Origin: a virus
DNA: 48,758 bases
Virus record (IMG/VR): IMGVR_UViG_3300031087_000003
Reading direction: 5' to 3' (one strand)
The notes under the pieces are model-generated. The model saw nothing but the letters and a program-made list of their open reading frames with translations, ran no database searches and had not been told where the DNA came from. Within the stretch, counting starts at the first letter, position 1; each line of letters starts with the position of its first letter. The translations under genes were made by a program, and so were the position numbers. Positions 25,367 through 34,255 of the stretch are shown piece by piece.

Positions 25367-25580
25367 CAGTAAGTTTTAAAGATGGTAAAGGTCCCGCATA
25401 ACCGTAAATTTTTTCACGATATCGACAATCTGAACCAGGGTAACTCCAGTCACCAAACATCCATGTCAGTATGATTGTTTTTGCCGCCGGTACAGGAATG
25501 TCTGGATTGACCCAACAGATATATTTACCTTCTTGTTTGGGATTTCCAAAAACATCTATATCTATAAATTCTACGCTCAT
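25362..25580 (-). CDS. Hypothetical protein (72 aa); reverse-strand cassette
   Basis: GAGGAA SD. Own promoter at 25608-25636. Confidence 0.6.
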   Translation of the reverse strand: MSVEFIDIDVFGNPKQEGKYICWVNPDIPVPAAKTIILTWMFGDWSYPGSDCRYREKIYGYAGPLPSLKLTD

Positions 25581-25607
25581 ATCTGGTTCCTCAGTTAATG
25601 TCCTACT

Positions 25608-25636
25608 ACCCTACCCCACTTTGACGCACTCGTCAA
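25608..25636 (-). promoter_or_regulatory. Promoter-operator with perfect palindrome arms, member of the 50-bp repeat family
   Basis: TTGACG-cact-CGTCAA. Minus strand continues agtgggg-TAGGGT. Confidence 0.6.
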
Positions 25637-25696
25637 CTACTATCATTCTGCACCCGGTTCCTGTAAACTTTACCCATTGAAACAAGGGGACCATCA

Positions 25697-26098
25697 ATGT
25701 CACACGTTAAAACTTTTACAGTGGGTAATCTGACCGTCAACGCGGCAATGGCTTCCGCTGTGCAGCAGGATGAACTGTTGTCACTGCTTTCTGCAACACT
25801 GTTAAGTCGTGCTGCTACTGCTGCACAGGTCAACGCTGAAATGGGTGAGCAGATTCTCATCCCGATGTTTATGGCTATGCCTCAGCAGCTTAAGAAGCAA
25901 GTTGTGGGATTGATTACACAGAAGGTACTGGTTGCCGGTACTGAAACGCCTGTTACGGTGAACGACTTCGGCGGTAAAATGGTCGAGTGGAACACCCTGC
26001 TTTCACAGCTCATCCTGTGGAATCTGGAAGGTTTTTTCATCTGGCTGGACAACGCCGTAAAAAGCGTCAGTCCGCCAGCAGCCGACCCAGCCATTTAA
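25697..26098 (+). CDS. Tail assembly chaperone (short, in-frame product)
   Basis: 133 aa directly upstream of the tape measure gene. Its 3' end overlaps a -1 frame ORF. Confidence 0.7.
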   Translation: MSHVKTFTVGNLTVNAAMASAVQQDELLSLLSATLLSRAATAAQVNAEMGEQILIPMFMAMPQQLKKQVVGLITQKVLVAGTETPVTVNDFGGKMVEWNTLLSQLILWNLEGFFIWLDNAVKSVSPPAADPAI

Positions 26099-26250
26099 AC
26101 TGGTACCTCCTGCGACCCTGCACCGGTATTGAAGGTTTATGTCCACCCATGTGCAAGTGGTCTGATTTAAACGATGGTACTTACTCGCTTCAGGACGTGG
26201 AAATGTTCAATCAGGTGATGGATGAAATGATAGAGGCAAAGAATGGCTAA
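25697..26250 (+). CDS. Tail assembly chaperone, -1 frameshift extended product (shift at 26038)
   Basis: Track ORF 25987-26250 is in the -1 frame relative to 25697 and ends inside the tape measure start region. Confidence 0.5.
26032..26038 (+). promoter_or_regulatory. Candidate -1 programmed frameshift slippery heptamer T_TTT_TTC
   Basis: Zero-frame codons are GGT TTT TTC. The -1 frame stays open to TAA at 26248-26250. Confidence 0.55.
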
Positions 26251-27733
26251 CATAATCACCTCGTTTTTAATTTCCCTCGGCTACGACGTCGAAGACCTGA
26301 GACGTGGTGAGCGTGAAATCAGCCGTTCTATGGAGGGTGTTAAAAGTCTCGCCACCACCACGGGTGCTGCACTCACCGCCGCATTTGTTGGTGTGGGTAA
26401 GACAGCAGATGAGACCGCCACGCGCGTTAACAACCTGCGCCTGAACACCAACCAGCTTTACACCTCCACGCAATACGTAAATGACTACGGCAACGCCATC
26501 CGTTCGCTCGGTGGCAACGCATCTGATGCAGTGGGTGAGATTAGCCGCGTGGAGACAGCGCTAAGCAATCTGCGCAACCGTGGTGACGCATCAACCTTTA
26601 CTGACCTTGCTTACTACGGCGTGGACATTAACCCGCTGACACAGGCTGAGTCGGGCGGTGACTTCATGGAGCAGCTTGCCAAACAGTTCCCCACTCTGGA
26701 CCGTCAGCAACAAGCAGGTGTAGTAAGCACACTCGGACTGTCCCCCGCCACTGTGGAATTACTGCGCAAAGGTTCTGATGGTTATCGTGATGTACTTAAC
26801 CATGTCCACGAAGTAGCCGGATTAAGTGACGACCTGATTGAGAAGTCGAAGCAATATAATGCTGCCATTGGTGAAGCGCAAAACCGCTGGGAAGGTGTAG
26901 CAAATACCATTAGTGCAGGCGTGTTACCTGCAATGACCGACATCATCAACAAAGGCTCGGACATTCTCAGCGATGTCATTCGTCCAATGGCAGAGCGGGA
27001 CCCTGCTGCCACGGGTGCCGGACTTGCTATTACTGGCGCTGGACTAACCAGCACTTTTGCTGCCCCTATCTTATCAGCATTTGGACTTGGTGGTATAGGT
27101 GCTGGAGCAGCTGCGCTAGGGGGTCCGCTTACACTGGCTGGTGCAGGTACCCTCGCGTGGAACATGAACCAGCAGGATGTGAAGAACCTGACTGGTTATG
27201 AGCTACCCTCTTATCTTTGGGACAAGCAGGTTTTCGATGAGTCACAAGGTGACAGTGCTGGTGGCTTGCTTCACAGCGGTTCTGTGCTGGATAAAGGCTG
27301 GCAAGCTGCTAAAGGCTTGTGGAATGCTGACCAGAACGACGTAAAGAATGCGACAGGCTTTGAGTTACCCGCATGGTTATTCCAGAAGAATATCGGTCAA
27401 TCATCAGAGGGTGACAACACACCAGTTGTTCCACAGATGAGATGGAACGCAGGTGATGCGCTCGACCAGGACTATGAAGCGCAAAAGAAAACGTACATGA
27501 ATACTGACAGTTATGCACCCGAAGCCCGTGTGAATGATTACAATTCCGCTGAAGCTGTGGGTAATGCTGTGGCGGAAAAGCTCTACGCTGTACCACTCAA
27601 AGCGAACGTTAATGTACAGAGTGATTTGCGTGTGGAACTGGACGGGCGTGCGCTTGACAGTAAAATCACAGAAGTGCAGCAGCGTAACAATCAGATGACA
27701 GTGGATGACATGCAATCCACCACTGCGAGGTAA
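26243..27733 (+). CDS. Tape measure protein
   Basis: 496 aa, with a Gly/Ala-rich hydrophobic centre. Lies after the chaperone pair. Confidence 0.75.
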   Translation: MANIITSFLISLGYDVEDLRRGEREISRSMEGVKSLATTTGAALTAAFVGVGKTADETATRVNNLRLNTNQLYTSTQYVNDYGNAIRSLGGNASDAVGEISRVETALSNLRNRGDASTFTDLAYYGVDINPLTQAESGGDFMEQLAKQFPTLDRQQQAGVVSTLGLSPATVELLRKGSDGYRDVLNHVHEVAGLSDDLIEKSKQYNAAIGEAQNRWEGVANTISAGVLPAMTDIINKGSDILSDVIRPMAERDPAATGAGLAITGAGLTSTFAAPILSAFGLGGIGAGAAALGGPLTLAGAGTLAWNMNQQDVKNLTGYELPSYLWDKQVFDESQGDSAGGLLHSGSVLDKGWQAAKGLWNADQNDVKNATGFELPAWLFQKNIGQSSEGDNTPVVPQMRWNAGDALDQDYEAQKKTYMNTDSYAPEARVNDYNSAEAVGNAVAEKLYAVPLKANVNVQSDLRVELDGRALDSKITEVQQRNNQMTVDDMQSTTAR

Positions 27734-27735
27734 CG

Positions 27736-28413
27736 ATGAGTATTATCAACCTGTTTACTAAGCAGGCTCCCACAATTGCCGGTTACCAGTTTGATGCCAT
27801 TCTGGAAGACACGCTGGATGTCTCAGTGGAGTGGACAGTTTACCCCGTGGAATCGGGTGTAAACGTAAATGACCATCGTATCATTCAGCCGGTACGCTGG
27901 ACGCTTACGGGTGCTGTAAGCAACAACCCGCTAAAGGTCCAGTTAACGGACTTCCTTGCGGGTGGTTTATCTAACCTGACGAACAATCCTTATGTCGCAG
28001 CTGTAGCGGGTCTTGCTGCAGGTTTTCTTGCCGGTAGTAATGAAACGCGTGCGTCCACGACGCTTGAGTTCCTGATTAACTTGATGCGCACCGGTGAGCC
28101 TTTTGCTATTGATGCGGGTGATATTCAACTGCAGAACATGGTTATCAGCCGCATCGGTCGCACCAAAGACATCACTAATGAAACCGGTTTAATCTTTGTA
28201 TGTGAGTTGCAGGAACTGATTACGCTTGACCGCCTGCAGAATCTCGCACAACCTACACAGAATCAGCTGCGCGATGGTGACCCTGCTAAATCCGGTATTG
28301 CTGGCGTCGTTCAGAAAGGTCAGCAGGTTGCTAAAGATGTGAATGATGCTGCGTCATCTGCAGTTAAAAGTCTTCAGACACAGGTCAATAACGTACTGGA
28401 TGGTATCTTCTGA
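27736..28413 (+). CDS. Tail / baseplate assembly protein (unassigned)
   Basis: 225 aa between the tape measure and hub genes. Confidence 0.5.
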   Translation: MSIINLFTKQAPTIAGYQFDAILEDTLDVSVEWTVYPVESGVNVNDHRIIQPVRWTLTGAVSNNPLKVQLTDFLAGGLSNLTNNPYVAAVAGLAAGFLAGSNETRASTTLEFLINLMRTGEPFAIDAGDIQLQNMVISRIGRTKDITNETGLIFVCELQELITLDRLQNLAQPTQNQLRDGDPAKSGIAGVVQKGQQVAKDVNDAASSAVKSLQTQVNNVLDGIF

Positions 28414-28709
28414 TGCAGGAAATTCCACTGTCAAATGGTTCAGCCAATGCTCATCAGCGATTCAGTCTGCAGCTTGGCAATAATTATCTGGACTTTGAGG
28501 TTGATTACCTTTCATACCTTGACGTCCCCGCGTGGACACTGAGTATTCTGCGTGACGCCACACCACTTGTTCTTGGTGCAATGCTCGTACCCGGCGCAGA
28601 TGTGGTGTCAGGTTATCGTGCGGACATCGGGCGTTTTGTATTTGTCGGTGACGAAGTAACACTGGATAACCTCGGTGTCAACAATCACCTTGTGTGGGTG
28701 AGCGAATGA
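28413..28709 (+). CDS. Tail / baseplate protein (98 aa, unassigned)
   Basis: TGATG coupling. Lies within the tail operon. Confidence 0.5.
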   Translation: MQEIPLSNGSANAHQRFSLQLGNNYLDFEVDYLSYLDVPAWTLSILRDATPLVLGAMLVPGADVVSGYRADIGRFVFVGDEVTLDNLGVNNHLVWVSE

Positions 28710-30085
28710 CTGAGCGCCGTCTTTACAGTGTGATTATCAACGGTGACACATACATCAGCGAGAGCGACGCATATCAGTTTCGTGTCGTTTTCGATATCGA
28801 TATTAACCCCGGTGAAACACTGGCGTTTGGCGACTTCCGCATTTATAACCTTGCAAAAGCTTCGACAGTGGATGCCGGTTCTTCGATTGAATTCCGCGCC
28901 GGTTACACCAATCAGGTTGACAGTATATTCAAAGGTTATATTACCAACACGTTCAGAGAACGCGATGGCGCTTCCACAGTGCAGCGCTTTCTGTGTAAGT
29001 CAGGCGATCCAGTTCATGACCGGGGTTCGCTTAACTCGTCGTACAGTCAGGGTGTACAATTGCTGGATGTACTTAAAGACATTGCGCAGCAATGGCCTCG
29101 TCAGCTTGACATTGATGAAACGCAGTTTAGCGGTATCACACTGACCAGTGGTTATATGGTTGACGGTGATATTCCACAAGAGTTAAATCAGCTGGCACAG
29201 GCTTATGACTTTGACTGGCTGCAGGACCGGGGGAGACTTGTCATCACTAAGCGTACTGCAGCGCGTACAACACCTTCCACGGAGATTTCACAGTTCACCG
29301 GTATGGTTGGTGTACCAGAAGTAACACGTGGACCCAACGGGCTCGGCGTGTATGTGATTAACCGTCTGAATCCTTACTTCCGTATCAACGGTCGCATTAA
29401 CATTAAATCAGAGTTCCAGAGTTTTAACGCCGGTAACCTGTTTGTCGTTGGACTGGCCGGTGACGCGCGAGCAACCGGTGAGTACAACATATTTGCTCTG
29501 AGGCATCGCGGCGACTCACACGGAAACCTGTGGGTGACTGAGATTGATGGGCTACGTGCTAACTCAGCGCAGCCGATGATTAGTACCGGTGCGCTGGTCT
29601 GGGGTCAGCGTGTTTCACAGGAGTTCCGTGTGAGAGTACGTGAGATTGCTGGCAACCTTAACATCGATGCGTCATGGTTAATGGCTGTCATGGGATTTGA
29701 GACGGGTTATCTGTTTAACTCCTCAGTCAAAAATCCCGGCAGCAGTGCCACAGGGCTCATTCAGTTTGTGAGTTCCACAGCAAAATCACTTGGTACCAGT
29801 ACGACAGCACTTGCGCGTATGACACCAGTACAACAGCTGGACTACGTTGAAAAGTATTTCAACCAGTACAAAGGACGTATCAATAACATTGGTGACTGTT
29901 ATATGGCGGTGTTCTGGCCTGCCGGTATCGGTAAACCTGACGCGTACGTAATCGCTACGTCACCCTCCAGTGTTTACAACGCTAACGCAGGACTTGATGT
30001 TAACCGTGACGGCACTATCACACGTGGCGAAGCTGTATCGCGCGTGAACGATTCTTATCGTCGTGGTCAGCAATACGCTAAATAA
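28706..30085 (+). CDS. Baseplate hub protein with C-terminal lytic-transglycosylase-like domain
   Basis: The ATG at 28706 overlaps the upstream TGA. C-terminus MGFETGY...SATGLIQF is SLT-like. Confidence 0.7.
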   Translation: MTERRLYSVIINGDTYISESDAYQFRVVFDIDINPGETLAFGDFRIYNLAKASTVDAGSSIEFRAGYTNQVDSIFKGYITNTFRERDGASTVQRFLCKSGDPVHDRGSLNSSYSQGVQLLDVLKDIAQQWPRQLDIDETQFSGITLTSGYMVDGDIPQELNQLAQAYDFDWLQDRGRLVITKRTAARTTPSTEISQFTGMVGVPEVTRGPNGLGVYVINRLNPYFRINGRINIKSEFQSFNAGNLFVVGLAGDARATGEYNIFALRHRGDSHGNLWVTEIDGLRANSAQPMISTGALVWGQRVSQEFRVRVREIAGNLNIDASWLMAVMGFETGYLFNSSVKNPGSSATGLIQFVSSTAKSLGTSTTALARMTPVQQLDYVEKYFNQYKGRINNIGDCYMAVFWPAGIGKPDAYVIATSPSSVYNANAGLDVNRDGTITRGEAVSRVNDSYRRGQQYAK

Positions 30086-30109
30086 AAAAAAATGCCCCAT
30101 TTAAGGGGC
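30084..30109 (-). terminator. Intrinsic terminator oriented for the minus strand
   Basis: Minus strand reads GCCCC-ttaaat-GGGGC-A-TTTTTTTTT. The plus strand has no U-tract after the hairpin. Confidence 0.7.
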
Positions 30110-30389
30110 TAAAAGAGCAGCGGTCTTCAGGTATTACGCGTAATACACTTGATATTACTCCCGAGATTCTCTTAGAAAACCAAGGCTAGACATGAGTCTC
30201 ATCAAATGTACTACGCGTAATACTCCGGTCTCTTCCCGGATGCCAACGCTTGCCGCCAGAGTGCGTAACCTCTCATGAGGGACAACCCAAAACCCGGCTA
30301 CACATTACGTCATTCGTCACCGCGCTACAACGTGGCAAGGAGCTCCACAGCTAACGGTGTGACCCACATGTGATACATGGAAGACCATA
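30086..30389 (-). ncRNA. Candidate ~300-nt non-coding RNA, antisense to the late-operon spacer
   Basis: No ORF over ~27 codons on either strand. Bounded by the leftward promoter at 30396-30425 and the minus-strand terminator. Internal palindromes are present. Confidence 0.4.
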
Positions 30390-30395
30390 GGATAA

Positions 30396-30425
30396 ATCCT
30401 ATCTCACTTTTGACGTGACTGTCAA
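30396..30425 (-). promoter_or_regulatory. Degenerate promoter-operator (leftward)
   Basis: Minus strand reads TTGACA-gtca-CGTCAA-N8-TAGGAT (18-bp spacer). Confidence 0.45.
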
Positions 30426-30472
30426 CTGTCAATCCTGTATTATTTCAATATCGTTCCGCTGTTGGGGTTTCC

Positions 30473-31195
30473 ATGACCAGTAATACTAAACGCGCTTCAG
30501 GTTCACAGGTGCAACGTGTTGCATTTGCTGAAAACATGAAATCCGTTTACACCTCTATTCCCGGTCATGTGTTGTCATTTGACCCTAAAACACAACGTGC
30601 ACAGATTCAGATTGGAATTCAGCGTGTGGACATCAACGGGATTGCGTGGGTACCCGCACCCATCGTAGACGTACCAGTCCAGTTCCCCGGCGATGGTTTC
30701 ACCGTTGAATACCAGATTGATACGGGCTGCGAAGGTGTTGTACTGTTCAGTCAGCGCTGTATTGATGGTTGGAAACAAACAGGTGGTACAGCTGACAATC
30801 CTGCAGCACGCTTTCACAATCAGCAGGATGCCATGTTTGTACCGGGCATTCGCTCACTACCTAATGTCATAAAAAATTTCAGCAACAATGGTATCAAGCT
30901 GCGTAACGAAGATGGAACACAATATGCGTGGCTTAAAAATGATGGTTCTCTTGCTGTGGGTAATGCGCAGGCCAGTGTGAATATCGCCGCAAACGGTCTT
31001 GTTGATATCCTGAATGCATCTGGTTCTATCCAGTTACTTGCAAACGGTAACGCAGTAATAAATGGTGTCGTGTTCACACCTCAGGGCCGTATTACTCCAC
31101 CTGCGGGCGGCGGTTTCACCGGTTCTAACGGTATCCCATACGAGGACCATCGTCACGATGAAACCGGTACAATAACAGGAACACCACGCACATGA
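30473..31195 (+). CDS. Baseplate central spike protein (Mu gp45-like)
   Basis: N-terminal IPGHVLSFDP..Q.A.IQ...V.VP beta-barrel pattern. Lies before the gp46/47/48-like genes. Confidence 0.65.
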   Translation: MTSNTKRASGSQVQRVAFAENMKSVYTSIPGHVLSFDPKTQRAQIQIGIQRVDINGIAWVPAPIVDVPVQFPGDGFTVEYQIDTGCEGVVLFSQRCIDGWKQTGGTADNPAARFHNQQDAMFVPGIRSLPNVIKNFSNNGIKLRNEDGTQYAWLKNDGSLAVGNAQASVNIAANGLVDILNASGSIQLLANGNAVINGVVFTPQGRITPPAGGGFTGSNGIPYEDHRHDETGTITGTPRT

Positions 31196-31545
31196 CCGTA
31201 CGTAAACTTGATGATAATGGTGATATTGTCACACAGGGTACAATCTTTATCACTGCTCAGGAAGAAATTGAGCAGACTATCCGCACGCGTCTGCGCCTCT
31301 TTCTGGGTGAATACTTTCGCGACATCACAGACGGCACACCGTGGTTTGAGCAGATTCTCGGCAAAGGTGTTAATATGTCAGCGCGTGAAGCAGTGTTACG
31401 TAACCGCATTGCTAACACACCGGGTGTTATTCGTCTGACAGCATTTAAGCTTGACTTCCCGGATGTGAATGCCCGAGTACTTACGGTCACGGCGAGCGTC
31501 CTGACCCAATATGGAATAGCTACGGTGACTGAAAACAATGGCTGA
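31192..31545 (+). CDS. Baseplate wedge protein (gp25/W, Mu gp46-like)
   Basis: 117 aa, ATGA-coupled, precedes the baseplate J gene. Confidence 0.65.
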   Translation: MTVRKLDDNGDIVTQGTIFITAQEEIEQTIRTRLRLFLGEYFRDITDGTPWFEQILGKGVNMSAREAVLRNRIANTPGVIRLTAFKLDFPDVNARVLTVTASVLTQYGIATVTENNG

Positions 31546-32761
31546 AATTACCAGTAAAGGTTACTTACTCAAAACCGTCAATGAGTGGTTCGACGAAGAG
31601 AAACAACTTTATGTTGACATTGACCCCGAATGGAACCTTGACCCTTCCACGCCTGACGGCCTTAAAATTGCCCACGATTCGGAAGTATTTGGCGCGCTGG
31701 ATGAGGTTATTCAGCAGGCTTACAATTCTAAAGACCCGAACAAAGCAAGTGGCTACGACCTTGACATCATTTCCGCGCTGACTGGTACTACCCGCAGTGA
31801 AGGTACTGCATCCAGTGTAACAGGCGCTGTACTAACAGGTGTTGCCGGTACCATTGTACCAGCTGGTACACGTTTCAGGTCTTCCACTACAGGTTCTGTA
31901 TGGACACTTGACCAGACGTGGACACTGGACGTTAATGGAAGTGCAACTGTAGACCTCACCGCTGAAACAACTGGACCAACCGTTGCACTAGCTAACACGA
32001 TTACACAGATTGTGGACACGGTGGGGGGTTTAACGGGTGTTAATAACCCTACACCTGCCACGACAGGGACAGGTGTAGAAACAGATAGCTCGCTACGCGT
32101 TAAACGTGCTACTGCTGTAGGGCGTCCGGGTAATAACCAGATTGACTCAATGCTGGGTGAGATTTATGCGGTTGATGGTGTGCGCCGGGTAAAAATTTAT
32201 GAGAATGACACCAACAGTAGCTCTGTAACTACCGACAACCCTTACGGCTTGCCAGCACACAGTATCTCGCCGGTTATCGATGGTGGAACGGATACTGATG
32301 TTGCAATGGCTATCTATATCAAAAAGAATCCGGGCGTTTTGCTTAATCAGGCTGGTACCGCTGTCAGCGTCACAGTCACGTCACCAACTTATCCGGATAA
32401 CCAAAAGGTCATTCGTTTTAGTCGCCCTGTATACGTGGATATGGTTCTGAACATCACCATTAAAAACGATGGTACCTTGCCCACTCAGACGGTGTTACAA
32501 CCACTCATTCAGAACGCCATTGTGGAATTTGCCGCAGGTGACCTGATTCCCGCCGATGTAGGTTTTAAGATTGATGGTTTTGATATTGGTGAGACCGTAC
32601 CCTACAGCACAATGTACACGCCGATTAATCAGGTTATTGGTCAGTATGGTAACAGCTATGTGCAAAGCATGACGATAAATGGTGGCACAACAAACGTAGC
32701 AATTGCATTTAACCAGTTGTCACGCTGGACCGCTGCAAACATTACGGTGACTATTGTATGA
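31538..32761 (+). CDS. Baseplate J-like protein (Mu gp47-like)
   Basis: 407 aa in the conserved gene order. Confidence 0.7.
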   Translation: MAEITSKGYLLKTVNEWFDEEKQLYVDIDPEWNLDPSTPDGLKIAHDSEVFGALDEVIQQAYNSKDPNKASGYDLDIISALTGTTRSEGTASSVTGAVLTGVAGTIVPAGTRFRSSTTGSVWTLDQTWTLDVNGSATVDLTAETTGPTVALANTITQIVDTVGGLTGVNNPTPATTGTGVETDSSLRVKRATAVGRPGNNQIDSMLGEIYAVDGVRRVKIYENDTNSSSVTTDNPYGLPAHSISPVIDGGTDTDVAMAIYIKKNPGVLLNQAGTAVSVTVTSPTYPDNQKVIRFSRPVYVDMVLNITIKNDGTLPTQTVLQPLIQNAIVEFAAGDLIPADVGFKIDGFDIGETVPYSTMYTPINQVIGQYGNSYVQSMTINGGTTNVAIAFNQLSRWTAANITVTIV

Positions 32762-33408
32762 ATATTCCTGACCGTATTTATGCTCAATACCGTACAAAGC
32801 CAAAGGCTGTCGCATGGTACAACATAGTAAGGTCACTGGCTGCCCAGCTGGATAGTGCCGCGAATGCAGTACGTCTGATGTACGAAATTGACACTGCGGT
32901 GGGTGAGCAGCTGAATATACTGGGGCGTATTGTTGTCATTGACCGAAACTATATAGCACCTGTAACAATGACACCGCCTCAGTTTGCGGCTGCGGAAAAC
33001 TCGCCCGGTGAATTCGGTGATATGTCAGCGATGTTCAGTGAGTTGTCAATAGACTCTGACACACAGCTAACAGATGACTTATACCGACTCGTCATCAAGT
33101 CGAAAATAATTAAGAACAATTCAGATGCAACAATTGAATCAATACTTTTTGGGATGAACTTCCTGTTGCCAAATGCGGAAGTCCTGCGCATTACCGATGG
33201 TGAGGACATGTCGTTCAGCGTGGAATTCTATGGTAATATATCCGAAGTTGAAAGATATGCATTATTGAATTCTACTCTCGTACCACGTCCACAGGGTGTT
33301 CGTTTCGGTGGATTTCTTGAAGGTTACGAGTATGTACAGTCTGGTGATGACACCATGCAGTTTGGTGATACTTATGCTGAATTTGTCGGAACATTCGGTG
33401 GAGAATGA
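32758..33408 (+). CDS. Baseplate wedge / fibre-attachment protein (Mu gp48-like)
   Basis: 216 aa, ATGA-coupled after the J-like gene. Confidence 0.6.
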   Translation: MNIPDRIYAQYRTKPKAVAWYNIVRSLAAQLDSAANAVRLMYEIDTAVGEQLNILGRIVVIDRNYIAPVTMTPPQFAAAENSPGEFGDMSAMFSELSIDSDTQLTDDLYRLVIKSKIIKNNSDATIESILFGMNFLLPNAEVLRITDGEDMSFSVEFYGNISEVERYALLNSTLVPRPQGVRFGGFLEGYEYVQSGDDTMQFGDTYAEFVGTFGGE

Positions 33409-33412
33409 TTAA

Positions 33413-34255
33413 ATGGCTTTAAAACGCGATGTACACTATCCCGGACGCTTTGTTGCTGCAAGCACGGCGCATCCGCAGGGGGCATTTAAAAATCGTACTA
33501 CACCAACTGCACAAGACGGTTCATACCTTGAAGCAGATTGGATGAATGACATTGATGGGTTCTTTGCCCGTGCTCTTAATATTGCCGGGGTAACTCCAAA
33601 CGGGAATGCCGATACCGGCACATCAAGTCAGCTATTCGACTCAGTTGTTACTGCAATGCCGGGAAAATTCCTTGGCGCTACTGTCTTGACTCAAACAGGA
33701 ACTTACTCACCTCGACCGGGAGCAAAAACACTGATAGTTGAGGCTATTTCAGGTGGTGGAGGAAGCAGAACTGGCTCTACAGCCAGCGGACAAACAGGAG
33801 GAACGACGCCTGGGTATCATGGGCAGTACAATAAATCATTGTATCAGGTATCTAACTTGTCATTTCCTATAACTGTCACAGTGGGGTTAGGGGGTGCTGC
33901 AAACTCATACGGAGGAGCAACATTCTTTGGTCCATATATGTCACTGGATGGCGGCAATCCAGCCGATGGCACCTTGTCGTCCAGTGGTGCTGGAATAGCC
34001 GGTAATGCCTATGCAAGAATTGGTGCAACAAACACATCAACAGGATTTATCTTATCATCATCGCAGGGAATTTCTATATCCACTCCTGTCATTCAAGTTA
34101 CAGCAGGAACAGCGGCTGGATTCTTCGCGCCAATGTCACCTTTCCCCGGAGGATGGCAAGGTCGGGGTGCTGATGGAATTTACGCTCCCGCAGGGACAAG
34201 CTACACAGGGAAGACAGGTAATCCGGGCTACGTTTTAGTTTTGGAGTTTTCATAA
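33413..34255 (+). CDS. Tail fibre protein
   Basis: N-terminus YLEADWMNDIDGFFARALNIAGVTPNG is fibre-like. C-terminus is Gly/Ser-rich. Confidence 0.7.
   Translation: MALKRDVHYPGRFVAASTAHPQGAFKNRTTPTAQDGSYLEADWMNDIDGFFARALNIAGVTPNGNADTGTSSQLFDSVVTAMPGKFLGATVLTQTGTYSPRPGAKTLIVEAISGGGGSRTGSTASGQTGGTTPGYHGQYNKSLYQVSNLSFPITVTVGLGGAANSYGGATFFGPYMSLDGGNPADGTLSSSGAGIAGNAYARIGATNTSTGFILSSSQGISISTPVIQVTAGTAAGFFAPMSPFPGGWQGRGADGIYAPAGTSYTGKTGNPGYVLVLEFS

Noticed and set aside
30195-30215. UGAUGAG on the minus strand of the spacer (tttgatgagactc), reminiscent of a hammerhead ribozyme core
   Set aside because: The preceding base is U rather than the conserved C of CUGANGA. I could find no matching GAAA or stem arrangement.
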